A DNA stretch of 64,000 bases, from contig NIVC01000659.1 of the NCBI GenBank assembly GCA_002269645.1, positions 372,001 through 436,000 of the forward strand, in the 5' to 3' direction. Each line of letters begins with the position of its first letter. Within the stretch, counting starts at the first letter, position 1. Shown here in pieces: positions 12,235 through 24,368 of this stretch. The notes under the pieces are model-generated. The model worked only from the letters and a program-made list of their open reading frames with translations. It searched no databases and was not told the origin of the DNA. A program made the position numbers and the translations under genes. The stretch is from Macrostomum lignano. Lineage: Eukaryota.

Positions 12235-13155
12235 GCACAAAGAGAGACACATAGAGTGACACAAGAGAGACATTTGAAGAGACACAAGAGACTCTTGGAG
12301 AGACACAAGACAGACGCAGGAAGAGACACAAAGAGACACATGAAGAGACACAAAGAGAGACACATGGAGTGGCACAGGAGAGACACATGAAGAGACACTT
12401 GGAGTGGCACAGGAGAGACAAATGAAGAGACACAAAGAGAGACACATGGAGTGGCACAGGAGAGACACATGAAGAGACACAAAGAGAGACACATGGAGTG
12501 GCACAGGAGAGACACATGAAGAGACACAAAGAGAGACACATGGAGTGGCACAGGAGAGACACATGAAGAGACACAAAGAGAGACACATGGAGTGGCACAG
12601 GAGAGACAAATGAAGAGACACAAAGAGAGACACATGAAGAGACACAAAGAGAGACACATGAAGAGACACAAAGAGAGACACATGAAGAGACACAAAGAGA
12701 GACACATGAAGAGACACAAAGAGAGACACATGAAGAGACACAAAGAGAGACACATGAAGAGACACTTGGAGTGGCACAGGAGAGACAAATGAAGAGACAC
12801 AAAGAGAGACACATGGAGTGGCACAGGAGAGACACATGGAGTGACACAAGAGAGACACATGGAGTGGCACAAGAGAGACACAGAAAGAGACACAAAGACA
12901 GACACATGAAGAGACACAAAGACAGACACATGAAGAGACACAAAGAGAGACACATGAAGAGACACAAAGAGAGACACATGAAGAGACACAGAGAGACACA
13001 TGAAGAGACACAAAGACAGACACATAAAGAGACACAAAGACAGACACATGAAGAGACACAAAGAGAGACACAGAAAGAGACACAAAAAGAGACACATGAA
13101 GAGACACAAAGACAGACACATGAAGTTACACAGGAGAGACACATGGAGTTACACA
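12235..13155. repeat. 24-bp minisatellite (gagacacatgaagagacacaaaga) with ggagtggcacag variants
   Basis: 8-aa periodicity (MKRHKERH) in translation. Confidence 0.95.
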
Positions 13156-13724
13156 AGAGTCAACCATGAGTCTGAGACTCCTTAACTTTTCTTCAAAAGT
13201 GAGACAACGCAATGCTAACAGAGAACAAAGTCGGTAAATTTAGCAACAAAATTCCAAAAGTGCCAATATCCATCAGTGAAACCCATTAGGGAATTATAAT
13301 AATCTCAAGAGTCATTCAGTTCTCAATATCCATCAGCTCGCCAGGTGAAATCATATGCGGGCTAAAAAGAATTGAGATTTTTCAAGAGTCCAGCTACTTT
13401 CCCTGCTCGAGCCAGTGAATCAGTCAGTCAGTCATTTAAAAATAGCTGCCACTTGAAAGCCGATCAATTGACGCGGGCACCTTTGGGCTGAGCAAGTCGA
13501 CCCGAGAGCAATTAAGCTCCCCCCCTCCAGGGTCATAAAAGCTTTCAATTTTATAATGGAGACGGTTGAGCGTTATCAAGTTTCAGTCAAAGCTATTAAG
13601 AGGGCTTCGAACTCGCTTTAACAGGCCTTGCTTCACTCCTGCGATTTTCTGTGAAGTAGATTGATTTAATATTGCTGCACTGGCACATTGGCATAAAACC
13701 CTGGAAAAACTGATTGATAAACGC

Positions 13725-14405
13725 TAGATAAACCATAGATAAACATTAGATAAACACAAGATAAACCCCAGATAAACACCAGATAAACCCTAGATAAACA
13801 CTAGATAAACCCTAGATAAACACTAGATAAACCCTAGATAAACTCTACATAAACACTAGATAAACACTAGATAATCACTAGATAGACACTAGATAAACAC
13901 TAGATAAACCCTAGATAAACTCTACATAAACACTAGATAAACACTAGATAATCACTAGATAGACACTAGATAAACACTAGATAAACACTAGATAAACACT
14001 AGATAAACCCTACATAAACACTAGATAAACCCTAGATAATCACTAGATAGACACTAGATAAACACTAGATAAACCCTAGATAAACTCTACATAAACACTA
14101 GATAAACACTAGATAATCACTAGATAGACACTAGATAAACACTAGATAAACCCTAGATAAACCCTACATAAACAATAGATAAACTCTATATAAACACTTA
14201 GATAAACAATAAATAAACACTAGAAAAAAACCCTAATTAAACCCTAGATAAACCCTAGATTACATTAGATGAACACTCGATAACCACTAGAAAAACACTA
14301 CATAAACCCTTAAGTAAACACTAGATAAACCCTGGATAAACACTAGATAAACACTAGATAAAAACAATATAAATACTATAGAGACACTACATAAATACAA
14401 GATAA
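13725..14405. repeat. 11-bp minisatellite (ctagataaaca/ctagataaacc)
   Basis: ctag recurs at 13801, 13812, 13823 and 13834. Confidence 0.95.
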
Positions 14406-15054
14406 TCACCCTAACCAGTGGCTCCAGTAGAAAGTAAAAAATCAATCAAGACTCCAGCGAGTTGCCCAGCTTCAGGTAATTAAACTAGCCGACATCACTC
14501 CGCACCCAGTGCGCACAGTTGATGTCCAAAAACAGCTTCATTAATTATTAATTTATATACGAGCTGATACGAAAGCAGCTTTCCTGAATTCTCATAGCAG
14601 CTACCTGCCTGTATCGCTGTCAATACACCTGAACGGAGTAACGCGATATACGCGTGCTTATAATTACTTGGAGCGCGTCATCGATATATGGCAGAGAAGC
14701 TGCGCATTAAGGAGATGCCTGCATGAGAAACGGTTGCAGGGTACGCCTTTTCCCTTCTCCCCCCCCCACCCTCGCTGCTACAGCGGCTGACTTTGTCCAA
14801 GAGAGGTAAAGCAGGAGATTCTGCTTCTACTGATGATGATCGATTTTCGTCCCCACCCTCCTGAGGCGATCGATTTCACAAACCAAGCCACGGATCCGCC
14901 AATGTCCGTCCGCTTCCCAGACTTCTGAAGTGTGGCAACAGCAGTCAAGCTATAATGCCAATTTCGATGCTCAATAATATCATTCAATTGACATTTCAAA
15001 AAACAGTATTTTATTGTTTGTTTATCTACTAGCGAAAATGTTATTAGCACTCAG

Positions 15055-15940
15055 GTGAAGTTTCAGGTTCGTGAAGTTTAAGGTTGAAGAAGTTTAGGGT
15101 TTGAGAAGTTTCAGGTTTGTGAAGTATAAGGTTTGTGAAGTCCAAGGTTTGTGAAGTTTCGGGTTTGAGAAGTTTAGGGATTGTGAAGTTTAGGGTTTGA
15201 GAAGTTTAGGGATTGTGAAATTTAGGGATTGTGAAGTTTATGGACTGTGAAGTTTATGGACTGTGAAGTTTAGGGTTTGTGAAGTTTAGGGTTTGTGAAG
15301 TTTCGGGTTTGAGAAGTTTAGGGTTTGTGAAGTTTAGGGTTTGTGAAGTTTCGGGTTTGAGAAGTTTAGGGTTTGTGAAGTTTCGGGTTTGTGAAGTTTA
15401 GGGTTTGAGAAGTTTAGGGTTTGTGAAGTTTCGGGTTTGTGAAGTTTCGGGTTTGTGAATTTTAGGGTTTGTGAAGTTTAGGGTTTGTGAAGTTTCGGGT
15501 TAGTGAATTTTAGGGTTTGTGAAGTTTAGGGTTTGTGAAGTTTCGGGTTTGAGAAGTTTAGGGTTTGTGAAGTTTAGGGTTTGTGAAGTTTCGGGTTTGA
15601 GAAGTTTAGGGTTTGTGAAGTTTCGGGTTTGTGAAGTTTAGGGTTTGAGAAGTTTAGGGTTTGTGAAGTTTCGGGTTTGTGAAGTTTCGGGTTTGTGAAT
15701 TTTAGGGTTTGTGAAGTTTAGGGTTTGTGAAGTTTCGGGTTTGAGAAGTTTAGGGTTTGTGAAGTTTAGGGTTTGTGAAGTTTCGGGTTTGAGAAGTTTA
15801 GGGTTTGTGAAGTTTAGGGTTTGTGAAGTTTCGGGTTTGAGAAGTTTAGGGTTTGTGAAGTTTCGGGTTTGTGAAGTTTAGGTTTTGAGAAGTTTAGGGT
15901 TTGTGAAGTTTCGGGTTTGAGAAGTTTAGGGTTTGAGAAT
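15055..15940. repeat. 16-bp minisatellite (gaagtttagggtttgt) containing TTAGGG
   Basis: Seen directly; variants with tcggg and tgag. Confidence 0.96.
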
Positions 15941-16524
15941 CTGAAGGTGTTAGACAGGGGAATACTCATGCAGACAGGGGGTGTCTTGGGGAACTAGACT
16001 TGGGAGTTAAAACCCCAAAGACTAAATAAAAGGCTTTCAAGCGACCCGCCAAGCACTGAAACTCAGCCAGGACCCCCTCTGCTCCCTGTTGCGGGAGGTG
16101 GGAAGCCAAAAACTGGGAAGCGTGCCCAGCCTTCACCATCCTCAACCCCCGCCCCCTCTAGATAAAATCCCCCCAGATACATGAGCGCACTTAGCAACCG
16201 CCACAGGGACTCAAATTTCGTTGCTATAAAAGTTAATCCGATTTCCACTCGAGTAGCTGCGGGGAGTCTCCATTCGGCTCAGCCGTTCACCCCAAAGTGC
16301 GGATTGAAAGAACAAGTTCGATGGAGGGGGGTTGCTGCAGAGGCTTCAGAAAATGAAATTGCTGCTGCTTCTTGGAGAAAAAAGGATCGATCTTACCGGA
16401 TTCTTTTTGAAGCTTACAGTTGAGACAGAGGCTTGGTTGAGAATGGATTGCGCGCTTTGAGTTGTTTTGGTGGAGTGCTTAGTTTAATCTTTGATCCAGT
16501 CCGATTTGTTGCTACAACTTTAAT

Positions 16525-16780
16525 CTAATTTATTCTTGGATCTGATCTCTATTCTAATCTACTGATCTAATCTTTCACTTAATCCCTTATCTAATCTACT
16601 GGTCTAATCTCTGATCTAATCTCTGATCTAATCTCGAATCTAATCTCTGATCTTATCTACTTATCTAATCTCTGATCTATTCTTTCACTTAATCTCCGAT
16701 CTAATTCACTGATCTAATCTACTGATCTAATCTATAATCTAATCTACTGATGTGAACTCTGGCCTACAGATCTGATCTCT
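16525..16780. repeat. Degenerate repeat, about 12-bp unit (tctaatctactga-like)
   Basis: Seen directly. Confidence 0.8.
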
Positions 16781-17361
16781 AACGCAATCTACTCACCTTG
16801 AGCATTTCTGTTCTAATACTGTTCCCATCATCTCTCCTAGCGCATTGCACTTCTGCTGTTGCTGAACCTGTTGGTTGGTTAGCAAGACGGCTGGCACATC
16901 CGGTACGCCATCCCCAGACCGGAAGAGAAGCGAGAGGATGATCCCTGCCGCAGAAGCGAATCTTTCCCAGCCGATTCTTCACGATAATTGACGGCTCCAG
17001 GAAAAAACAGGCATGCGCGGTGTTTGCCCAGGTAACTCGTCCGTTATTTGCAGACAGAAACCGGCATGGGGGGAAAATTAACTGTTGACCACCTCGAGCA
17101 AACAAAAGAAGTCTTCCTTCTCTGCTTTGACTTGCTGACACTTCCGCTTATCCGACCGCGCAATCGTGTCTCGCTGCTTTTGCGGTTCTGTTTGCTCACG
17201 GCTGTTGATACAGGATCAGCGAAAGCAGCAGAGTGTGCACATTTTTAAGATTCATTTTTAGCTGCTTCAATCACTTCATTTTTGCGGGTCTAAAAGGCAA
17301 TCAAATGAGTCAGCTTGTTTGTAAAAAAGGCTTTATTCGTTTCCTTTGAGTCTGTATTCGT

Positions 17362-17510
17362 CAAAAACAGCCAATCTCTGAGTCTGTATTTGTCAAAAAC
17401 AGCCAATCTCTGAGTCTGTATTTGTCAAAAACAGCCAATCTCTGAGTCTGTATTTGTCAAAAACAGCCAATCTCTGAGTCTGTATTTGTCATCAAAAACA
17501 GCCAATCTCT
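17362..17510. repeat. 32-bp tandem repeat (aaaaacagccaatctctgagtctgtatttgtc), about 4.5 copies
   Basis: Seen directly. Confidence 0.9.
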
Positions 17511-17933
17511 GAGGCTGTAATTTTCGCCATCAAACTTACACTTAGCTGTTTATAACTGTCAAATCAAAGCAAAATATCAGATCAAATAGAAGGCAACATA
17601 AAATACGAAAGGTAAGGAAAATAAATTTGCATTGACAAGCGCAAAATAGTGTCAAAGGCGCGCACCGTCTACTCACCGATAGTAGATTGATTAGAAAATA
17701 TACATCCAAACATATTTTTCTATCCTGGTAGCAGTGAAAACGAAAAAAATCAGTGAAAACAGGTTACATTATAGTGTGTCAACAGGTAAATCAATTGAGT
17801 ATAAAAGAAGCATCAAATTCAGGTAATTACGAACGTGTTAGGAAAAAGTTACTTTATAAGTTGACGAAAGAAACTGGCATTTCAAAAATTACATGCAGTC
17901 AAGACAACTTCTTTCTGGCAGAAACTAATACCT

Positions 17934-19220
17934 GTGCTACAGTCACTCCACAGACAGGTCTGTGCTGCAGTCACTCCACAGACAGGTCTGTGCTGCAGTC
18001 ACTCCACAGACAGGTCTGTGCTGCAGTCACTCCACAGACAGGTCTGTGCTGCAGTCACTCCACAGACAGGTCTGTGCTGCAGTCACTCCACAGACAGGTC
18101 TGTGCTGCAGTCACTCCACAGACAGGTCTGTGCTGCAGTCACCCCACAGACAGGTCTGTGCTGCAGTCACCCCACAGACAGGTCTGTGCTGCAGTCACTC
18201 CACAGACAGGTCTGTGCTGCAGTCACTCCACAGACAGGTCTGTGCTACAGTCACTCCACAGACAGGTCTGTGCTACAGTCACTCCGCAGACAGGTCTGTG
18301 CTGCAGTCACTCCGCAGACAGGTCTGTGCTGCAGTCACTCCGCAGACAGGTCTGTGCTGCAGTCACTCCGCAGACAGGACTGTGCTGCAGTCACTCCGCA
18401 GACAGGTCTGTGCTGCAGTCACTCCACAGACAGTAGGCTGCAGTCACTGCACAGACAGTAGGCTGCAGTCACTGTACAGACAGGTCTGTGCTGCAGTCAC
18501 TCCACAGACAGGTCTGTGCTGCAGTCACTCCACAGACAGGACTGTGCTGCAGTCACTCCACAGAAAGGTCTGTGCTAAAGTCACTCCACAGACAGTAGGC
18601 TGCAGTCACTCCACAGACAGGTCTGTGCTGCAGTCACTCCGCAGACAGGTCTGTGCTGCAGTCACCCCACAGACAGGTCTGTGCTGCAGTCACCCCACAG
18701 ACAGGTCTGTGCTGCAGTCACTCCACAGACAGGTCTGTGCTACAGTCACTCCACAGACAGGTCTGTGCTGCAGTCACTCCACAGACAGGTCTGTGCTGCA
18801 GTCACTCCACAGACAGGTCTGTGCTACAGTCACTCCACAGACAGGTCTGTGCTACAGTCACTCCACAGACAGGTCTGTGCTACAGTCACTCCGCAGACAG
18901 GTCTGTGCTGCAGTCACTCCGCAGACAGGTCTGTGCTGCAGTCACTCCGCAGACAGGTCTGTGCTGCAGTCACTCCGCAGACAGGACTGTGCTGCAGTCA
19001 CTCCACAGACAGTAGGCTGCAGTCACTGCACAGACAGTAGGCTGCAGTCACTGTACAGACAGGTCTGTGCTGCAGTCACTCCACAGACAGGTCTGTGCTG
19101 CAGTCACTCCACAGACAGGACTGTGCTGCAGTCACTCCACAGAAAGGTCTGTGCTAAAGTCACTCCACAGACAGTAGGCTGCAGTCACTCCACAGACAGG
19201 TCTGTGCTGCAGTCACTCCA
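17934..19220. repeat. 28-bp minisatellite (cagtcactccacagacaggtctgtgctg), copy A, about 46 units
   Basis: 28-aa periodicity across frames. Confidence 0.97.
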
Positions 19221-19266
19221 CAGACAGGTTTGCAGCAAGTGTCGCTAATGCATTGCCGGCATAAAG

Positions 19267-19872
19267 TCAGACCAGCCTCGGCAGCTGGTACTGCTCCAGC
19301 CGCTGCACGAACTCCGGCCAGCCCCAGACGATGCGGTAGGGCGCAGGCAGTTGGCGACATCGAATCCGCTCCCGCCGCTGCTCCCAGCTGTCGCAGCACC
19401 TGAACAGCGGGCTGGATCGAACGCACACATGGCTGAGAACTTCCCGACCGTCGCCAGCGTGGCCCAGTCTGTTTGGTATTTTCTCGCGAATCAATTGCAA
19501 GATGAAGTGACTAAAGTTTGGCGTCAGATGCTCCGGCTGTTGATTATGATGAAGCTGCTGAACCGGTCTCTCCAGCATCCGGGTCAGCTGGGTCTCGGAG
19601 AAGTGTCTCAACGGGTAGCTGCCGGTTCGCAGGACAAACAAGGTCGCGCCGAGGCCGTACCAGTCCACGGTGTGGTTCATGTGCATGGTGACCATCCCAT
19701 CGCTGTCAACGCTATCGCGGCCGCCACTGCCGTGGTTGCGGAAGGCGTCCTCGAGTTCTGGCGGCCACCAGCCGGCTTCCAGCATGGCGAAATGTCGGGC
19801 ATCATCGCGGAATTTCTTCGGAATTTTCAGCCAGCCCGCAGCCGCTTGGCGCCGATTTGAAGTTTGAAAAGA
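19267..19872 (-). CDS. Duplicated last coding exon of the kinase gene (with intact acceptor)
   Basis: Matches 23037-23642, including the ttcttcag acceptor and the stop codon. Confidence 0.7.
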   Translation of the reverse strand, partial: SFQTSNRRQAAAGWLKIPKKFRDDARHFAMLEAGWWPPELEDAFRNHGSGGRDSVDSDGMVTMHMNHTVDWYGLGATLFVLRTGSYPLRHFSETQLTRMLERPVQQLHHNQQPEHLTPNFSHFILQLIREKIPNRLGHAGDGREVLSHVCVRSSPLFRCCDSWEQRRERIRCRQLPAPYRIVWGWPEFVQRLEQYQLPRLV

Positions 19873-20379
19873 CTGAAGAAAGGAGAATTAAATTTATTAG
19901 TTTCAACTTCGCCTACTAATAGTAGTAAGAACAGCAAGCTGGCACATACTGTAGCTTTTAGCAGCCCAATCGGGCCTACATGCATTGAATTCAATATAAC
20001 GTGTGTTTGCCAAAGCAATGAAGCTTTTGTCTTATGACACAGATACTAGAATAACCAGATGGGCCACTCAGGCATATATACTTAGCAAAACAGCTTTCTA
20101 CTTTCAGTTCAGTAGCAAAGAAGAATACATAAGCTATTCTATAAAAAAGGCTGCTGAAATGGCAAATAAGTTCAGAAGCCAAAGCTAAGCTTGCTAATTG
20201 GTTCAGCAATGATGTACATTGGCCAGTCCACTGAAATGTACATGGCAGCTTTAGGCTGGAATTCCGATAAAGGCAATAAAAATTGGGCGGGTTGGGCGGG
20301 GGCAGTGTGGAAGAGAGCGGTTGAAGGGGTTAAGCTGGGGGTGAGTTAAGTGCCAAGAAAGTAGCCTTGGGACTGAAGG

Positions 20380-20543
20380 AGAGATGAGAGATACGGGATG
20401 AGAAAAGAGAGGAGAAAAAAAATAAGAGGAGAGAGGAGATTTGAGATAAAGAGAGAGTAGATGAGTGATTAAGGGAGAGAAGAGATGAGAGATAAAGGGA
20501 GAGACGAGATGAAAGACGAAGAGAGAGAGAAGAGATGAGAGAT

Positions 20544-20595
<52 letters not shown>

Positions 20596-20800
20596 GAGAT
20601 GAAGGGAGAAACGAGATTAAAGACGAAAAGAGAGAAAAGATGAGAGATGAAGAGAGAAAGAAGAGATGAGAGATTAAGGGAGAGATGAGATGAAAGATAA
20701 CGTAAGATGAGAGATGAGAGACGAAAGGATCGAGAAGAAAAGAGACAGATGATAGGAGTGAAAAGAGACGAGAGACCAGAGAGGTAAGAGCTGAGAAGAG
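20380..20800. repeat. GA-rich low-complexity tract with a (GA)n core; second copy at about 24150-24570
   Basis: Seen directly. Confidence 0.9.
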
Positions 20801-21068
20801 ACGCAAACCTTAAGTGGTGAAGTTCCAAGGCCCCAAGAGGTAGATAGAGAGGCTTTTCGGACCGGAGTTGCCAACCCCTGCATCAAGACTGAAGAGACGC
20901 AGCTGAAAGCATTTCAACAGGTAAATCAATTGAGTATAAAAGAAGCATCAAATTCAGGTAATTACGAACGTGTTAGGAAAAAGTTACTTTATAAGTTGAC
21001 GAAAGAAACTGGCATTTCAAAAATTACATGCAGTCAAGACAACTTCTTTCTGGCAGAAACTAATACCT

Positions 21069-22990
21069 GTGCTACAGTCACTCCACAGACAGGTCTGTGC
21101 TGCAGTCACTCCACAGACAGGTCTGTGCTGCAGTCACTCCACAGACAGGTCTGTGCTGCAGTCACTCCACAGACAGGTCTGTGCTGCAGTCACTCCACAG
21201 ACAGGTCTGTGCTGCAGTCACTCCACAGACAGGTCTGTGCTGCAGTCACTCCACAGACAGGTCTGTGCTGCAGTCACCCCACAGACAGGTCTGTGCTGCA
21301 GTCACCCCACAGAAAGGTCTGTGCTGCAGTCACTCCACAGACAGGTCTGTGCTGCAGTCACTCCACAGACAGGTCTGTGCTACAGTCACTCCACAGACAG
21401 GTCTGTGCTACAGTCACTCCGCAGACAGGTCTGTGCTGCAGTCACTCCGCAGACAGGTCTGTGCTGCAGTCACTCCGCAGACAGGTCTGTGCTGCAGTCA
21501 CTCCGCAGACAGGACTGTGCTGCAGTCACTCCGCAGACAGGTCTGTGCTGCAGTCACTCCACAGACAGTAGGCTGCAGTCACTGCACAGACAGTAGGCTG
21601 CAGTCACTGTACAGACAGGTCTGTGCTGCAGTCACTCCACAGACAGGTCTGTGCTGCAGTCACTCCACAGACAGGACTGTGCTGCAGTCACTCCACAGAA
21701 AGGTCTGTGCTAAAGTCACTCCACAGACAGTAGGCTGCAGTCACTCCACAGACAGGTCTGTGCTGCAGTCACTCCGCAGACAGGTCTGTGCTGCAGTCAC
21801 CCCACAGACAGGTCTGTGCTGCAGTCACCCCACGGACAGGTCTGTGCTGCAGTCACTCCACAGACAGGTCTGTGCTACAGTCACTCCACAGACAGGTCTG
21901 TGCTGCAGTCACTCCACAGACAGGTCTGTGCTGCAGTCACTCCACAGACAGGTCTGTGCTACAGTCACTCCACAGACAGGTCTGTGCTACAGTCACTCCA
22001 CAGACAGGTCTGTGCTACAGTCACTCCGCAGACAGGTCTGTGCTGCAGTCACTCCGCAGACAGGTCTGTGCTGCAGTCACTCCGCAGACAGGTCTGTGCT
22101 GCAGTCACTCCGCAGACAGGACTGTGCTGCAGTCACTCCACAGACAGTAGGCTGCAGTCACTGCACAGACAGTAGGCTGCAGTCACTGTACAGACAGGTC
22201 TGTGCTGCAGTCACTCCACAGACAGGTCTGTGCTGCAGTCACTCCACAGACAGGACTGTGCTGCAGTCACTCCACAGAAAGGTCTGTGCTAAAGTCACTC
22301 CACAGACAGTAGGCTGCAGTCACTCCACAGACAGGTCTGTGCTGCAGTCACTCCACAGACAGGTCTGTGCTACAGTCACTCCACAGACAGGTCTGTGCTA
22401 CAGTCACTCCACAGACAGGTCTGTTTTGCAGTCACTTCACAGACAGGTCTGTGCTGCAGTCACTCCGCAGACAGGTCTGTGCTGCAGTCACTCCGCAGAC
22501 AGGTCTGTGCTGCAGTCACTCCGCAGACAGGTCTGTGCTGCAGTCACTCCGCAGACAGGTCTGTGCTGCAGTCACTTCACAGACAGGTCTGTGCTGCAGT
22601 CACTCCGCAGACAGGTCTGTGCTGCAGTCACTCCACAGACAGGTCTGTGCTGCAGTCACTCCGCAGACAGGTCTGTGCTGCAGTCACTCCGCAGACAGGT
22701 CTGTGCTGCAGTCACTCCGCAGACAGGTCTGTGCTGCAGTCACTCCGCAGACAGGACTGTGCTGCAGTCACTCCACAGACAGTAGGCTGCAGTCACTGCA
22801 CAGACAGTAGGCTGCAGTCACTGTACAGACAGGTCTGTGCTGCAGTCACTCCACAGACAGGTCTGTGCTGCAGTCACTCCACAGACAGGACTGTGCTGCA
22901 GTCACTCCACAGAAAGGTCTGTGCTAAAGTCACTCCACAGACAGTAGGCTGCAGTCACTCCACAGACAGGTCTGTGCTGCAGTCACTCCA
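21069..22990. repeat. 28-bp minisatellite, copy B, about 69 units
   Basis: Same unit as 17934-19220 and about 635 bp longer. Confidence 0.97.
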
Positions 22991-23036
22991 CAGACAGGTT
23001 TGCAGCAAGTGTCGCTAATGCATTGCCGGCATAAAG

Positions 23037-24312
23037 TCAGACCAGCCTCGGCAGCTGGTACTGCTCCAGCCGCTGCACGAACTCCGGCCAGCCCCAGACG
23101 ATGCGGTAGGGCGCAGGCAGTTGGCGACATCGAATCCGCTCCCGCCGCTGCTCCCAGCTGTCGCAGCACCTGAACAGCGGGCTGGATCGAACGCACACAT
23201 GGCTGAGAACTTCCCGACCGTCGCCAGCGTGGCCCAGTCTGTTTGGTATTTTCTCGCGAATCAATTGCAAGATGAAGTGACTAAAGTTTGGCGTCAGATG
23301 CTCCGGCTGTTGATTATGATGAAGCTGCTGAACCGGTCTCTCCAGCATCCGGGTCAGCTGGGTCTCGGAGAAGTGTCTCAACGGGTAGCTGCCGGTTCGC
23401 AGGACAAACAAGGTCGCGCCGAGGCCGTACCAGTCCACGGTGTGGTTCATGTGCATGGTGACCATCCCATCGCTGTCAACGCTATCGCGGCCGCCACTGC
23501 CGTGGTTGCGGAAGGCGTCCTCGAGTTCTGGCGGCCACCAGCCGGCTTCCAGCATGGCGAAATGTCGGGCATCATCGCGGAATTTCTTCGGAATTTTCAG
23601 CCAGCCCGCAGCCGCTTGGCGCCGATTTGAAGTTTGAAAAGACTGAAGAAAGGAGAATTAAATTTATTAGTTTCAACTTCGCCTACTAATAGTAGTAAGA
23701 ACAGCAAGCTGGCACATACTGTAGCTTTTAGCAGCCCAATCGGGCCTACATGCATTGAATTCAATATAACGTGTGTTTGCCAAAGCAATGAAGCTTTTGT
23801 CTTATGACACAGATACTAGAATAACCAGATGGGCCACTCAGGCATATATACTTAGCAAAACAGCTTTCTACTTTCAGTTCAGTAGCAAAGAAGAATACAT
23901 AAGCTATTCTATAAAAAAGGCTGCTGAAATGGCAAATAAGTTCAGAAGCCAAAGCTAAGCTTGCTAATTGGTTCAGCAATGATGTACATTGGCCAGTCCA
24001 CTGAAATGTACATGGCAGCTTTAGGCTGGAATTCCGATAAAGGCAATAAAAATTGGGCGGGTTGGGCGGGGGCAGTGTGGAAGAGAGCGGTTGAAGGGGT
24101 TAAGCTGGGGGTGAGTTAAGTGCCAAGAAAGTAGCCTTGGGACTGAAGGAGAGATGAGAGATACGGGATGAGAAAAGAGAGGAGAAAAAAATAAGAGGAG
24201 AGAGGAGATTTGAGATAAAGAGAGAGTAGATGAGTGATTAAGGGAGAGAAGAGATGAGAGATAAAGGGAGAGACGAGATGAAAGACGAAGAGAGAGAGAA
24301 GAGATGAGAGAT

Positions 24313-24368
<56 letters not shown>

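Noticed and set aside
10921-13185. Long SVCL-, QTDR- and MKRH-repeat ORFs
   Set aside because: They are stop-free translations of micro/minisatellites, open in several frames on both strands.
15055-15940. True telomeric tract
   Set aside because: TTAGGG is embedded in a 16-bp unit rather than in tandem hexamers.
17753-23018. 428- and 562-aa Cys-rich ORFs
   Set aside because: They are translations of the 28-bp array, with periodic sequence in all frames.
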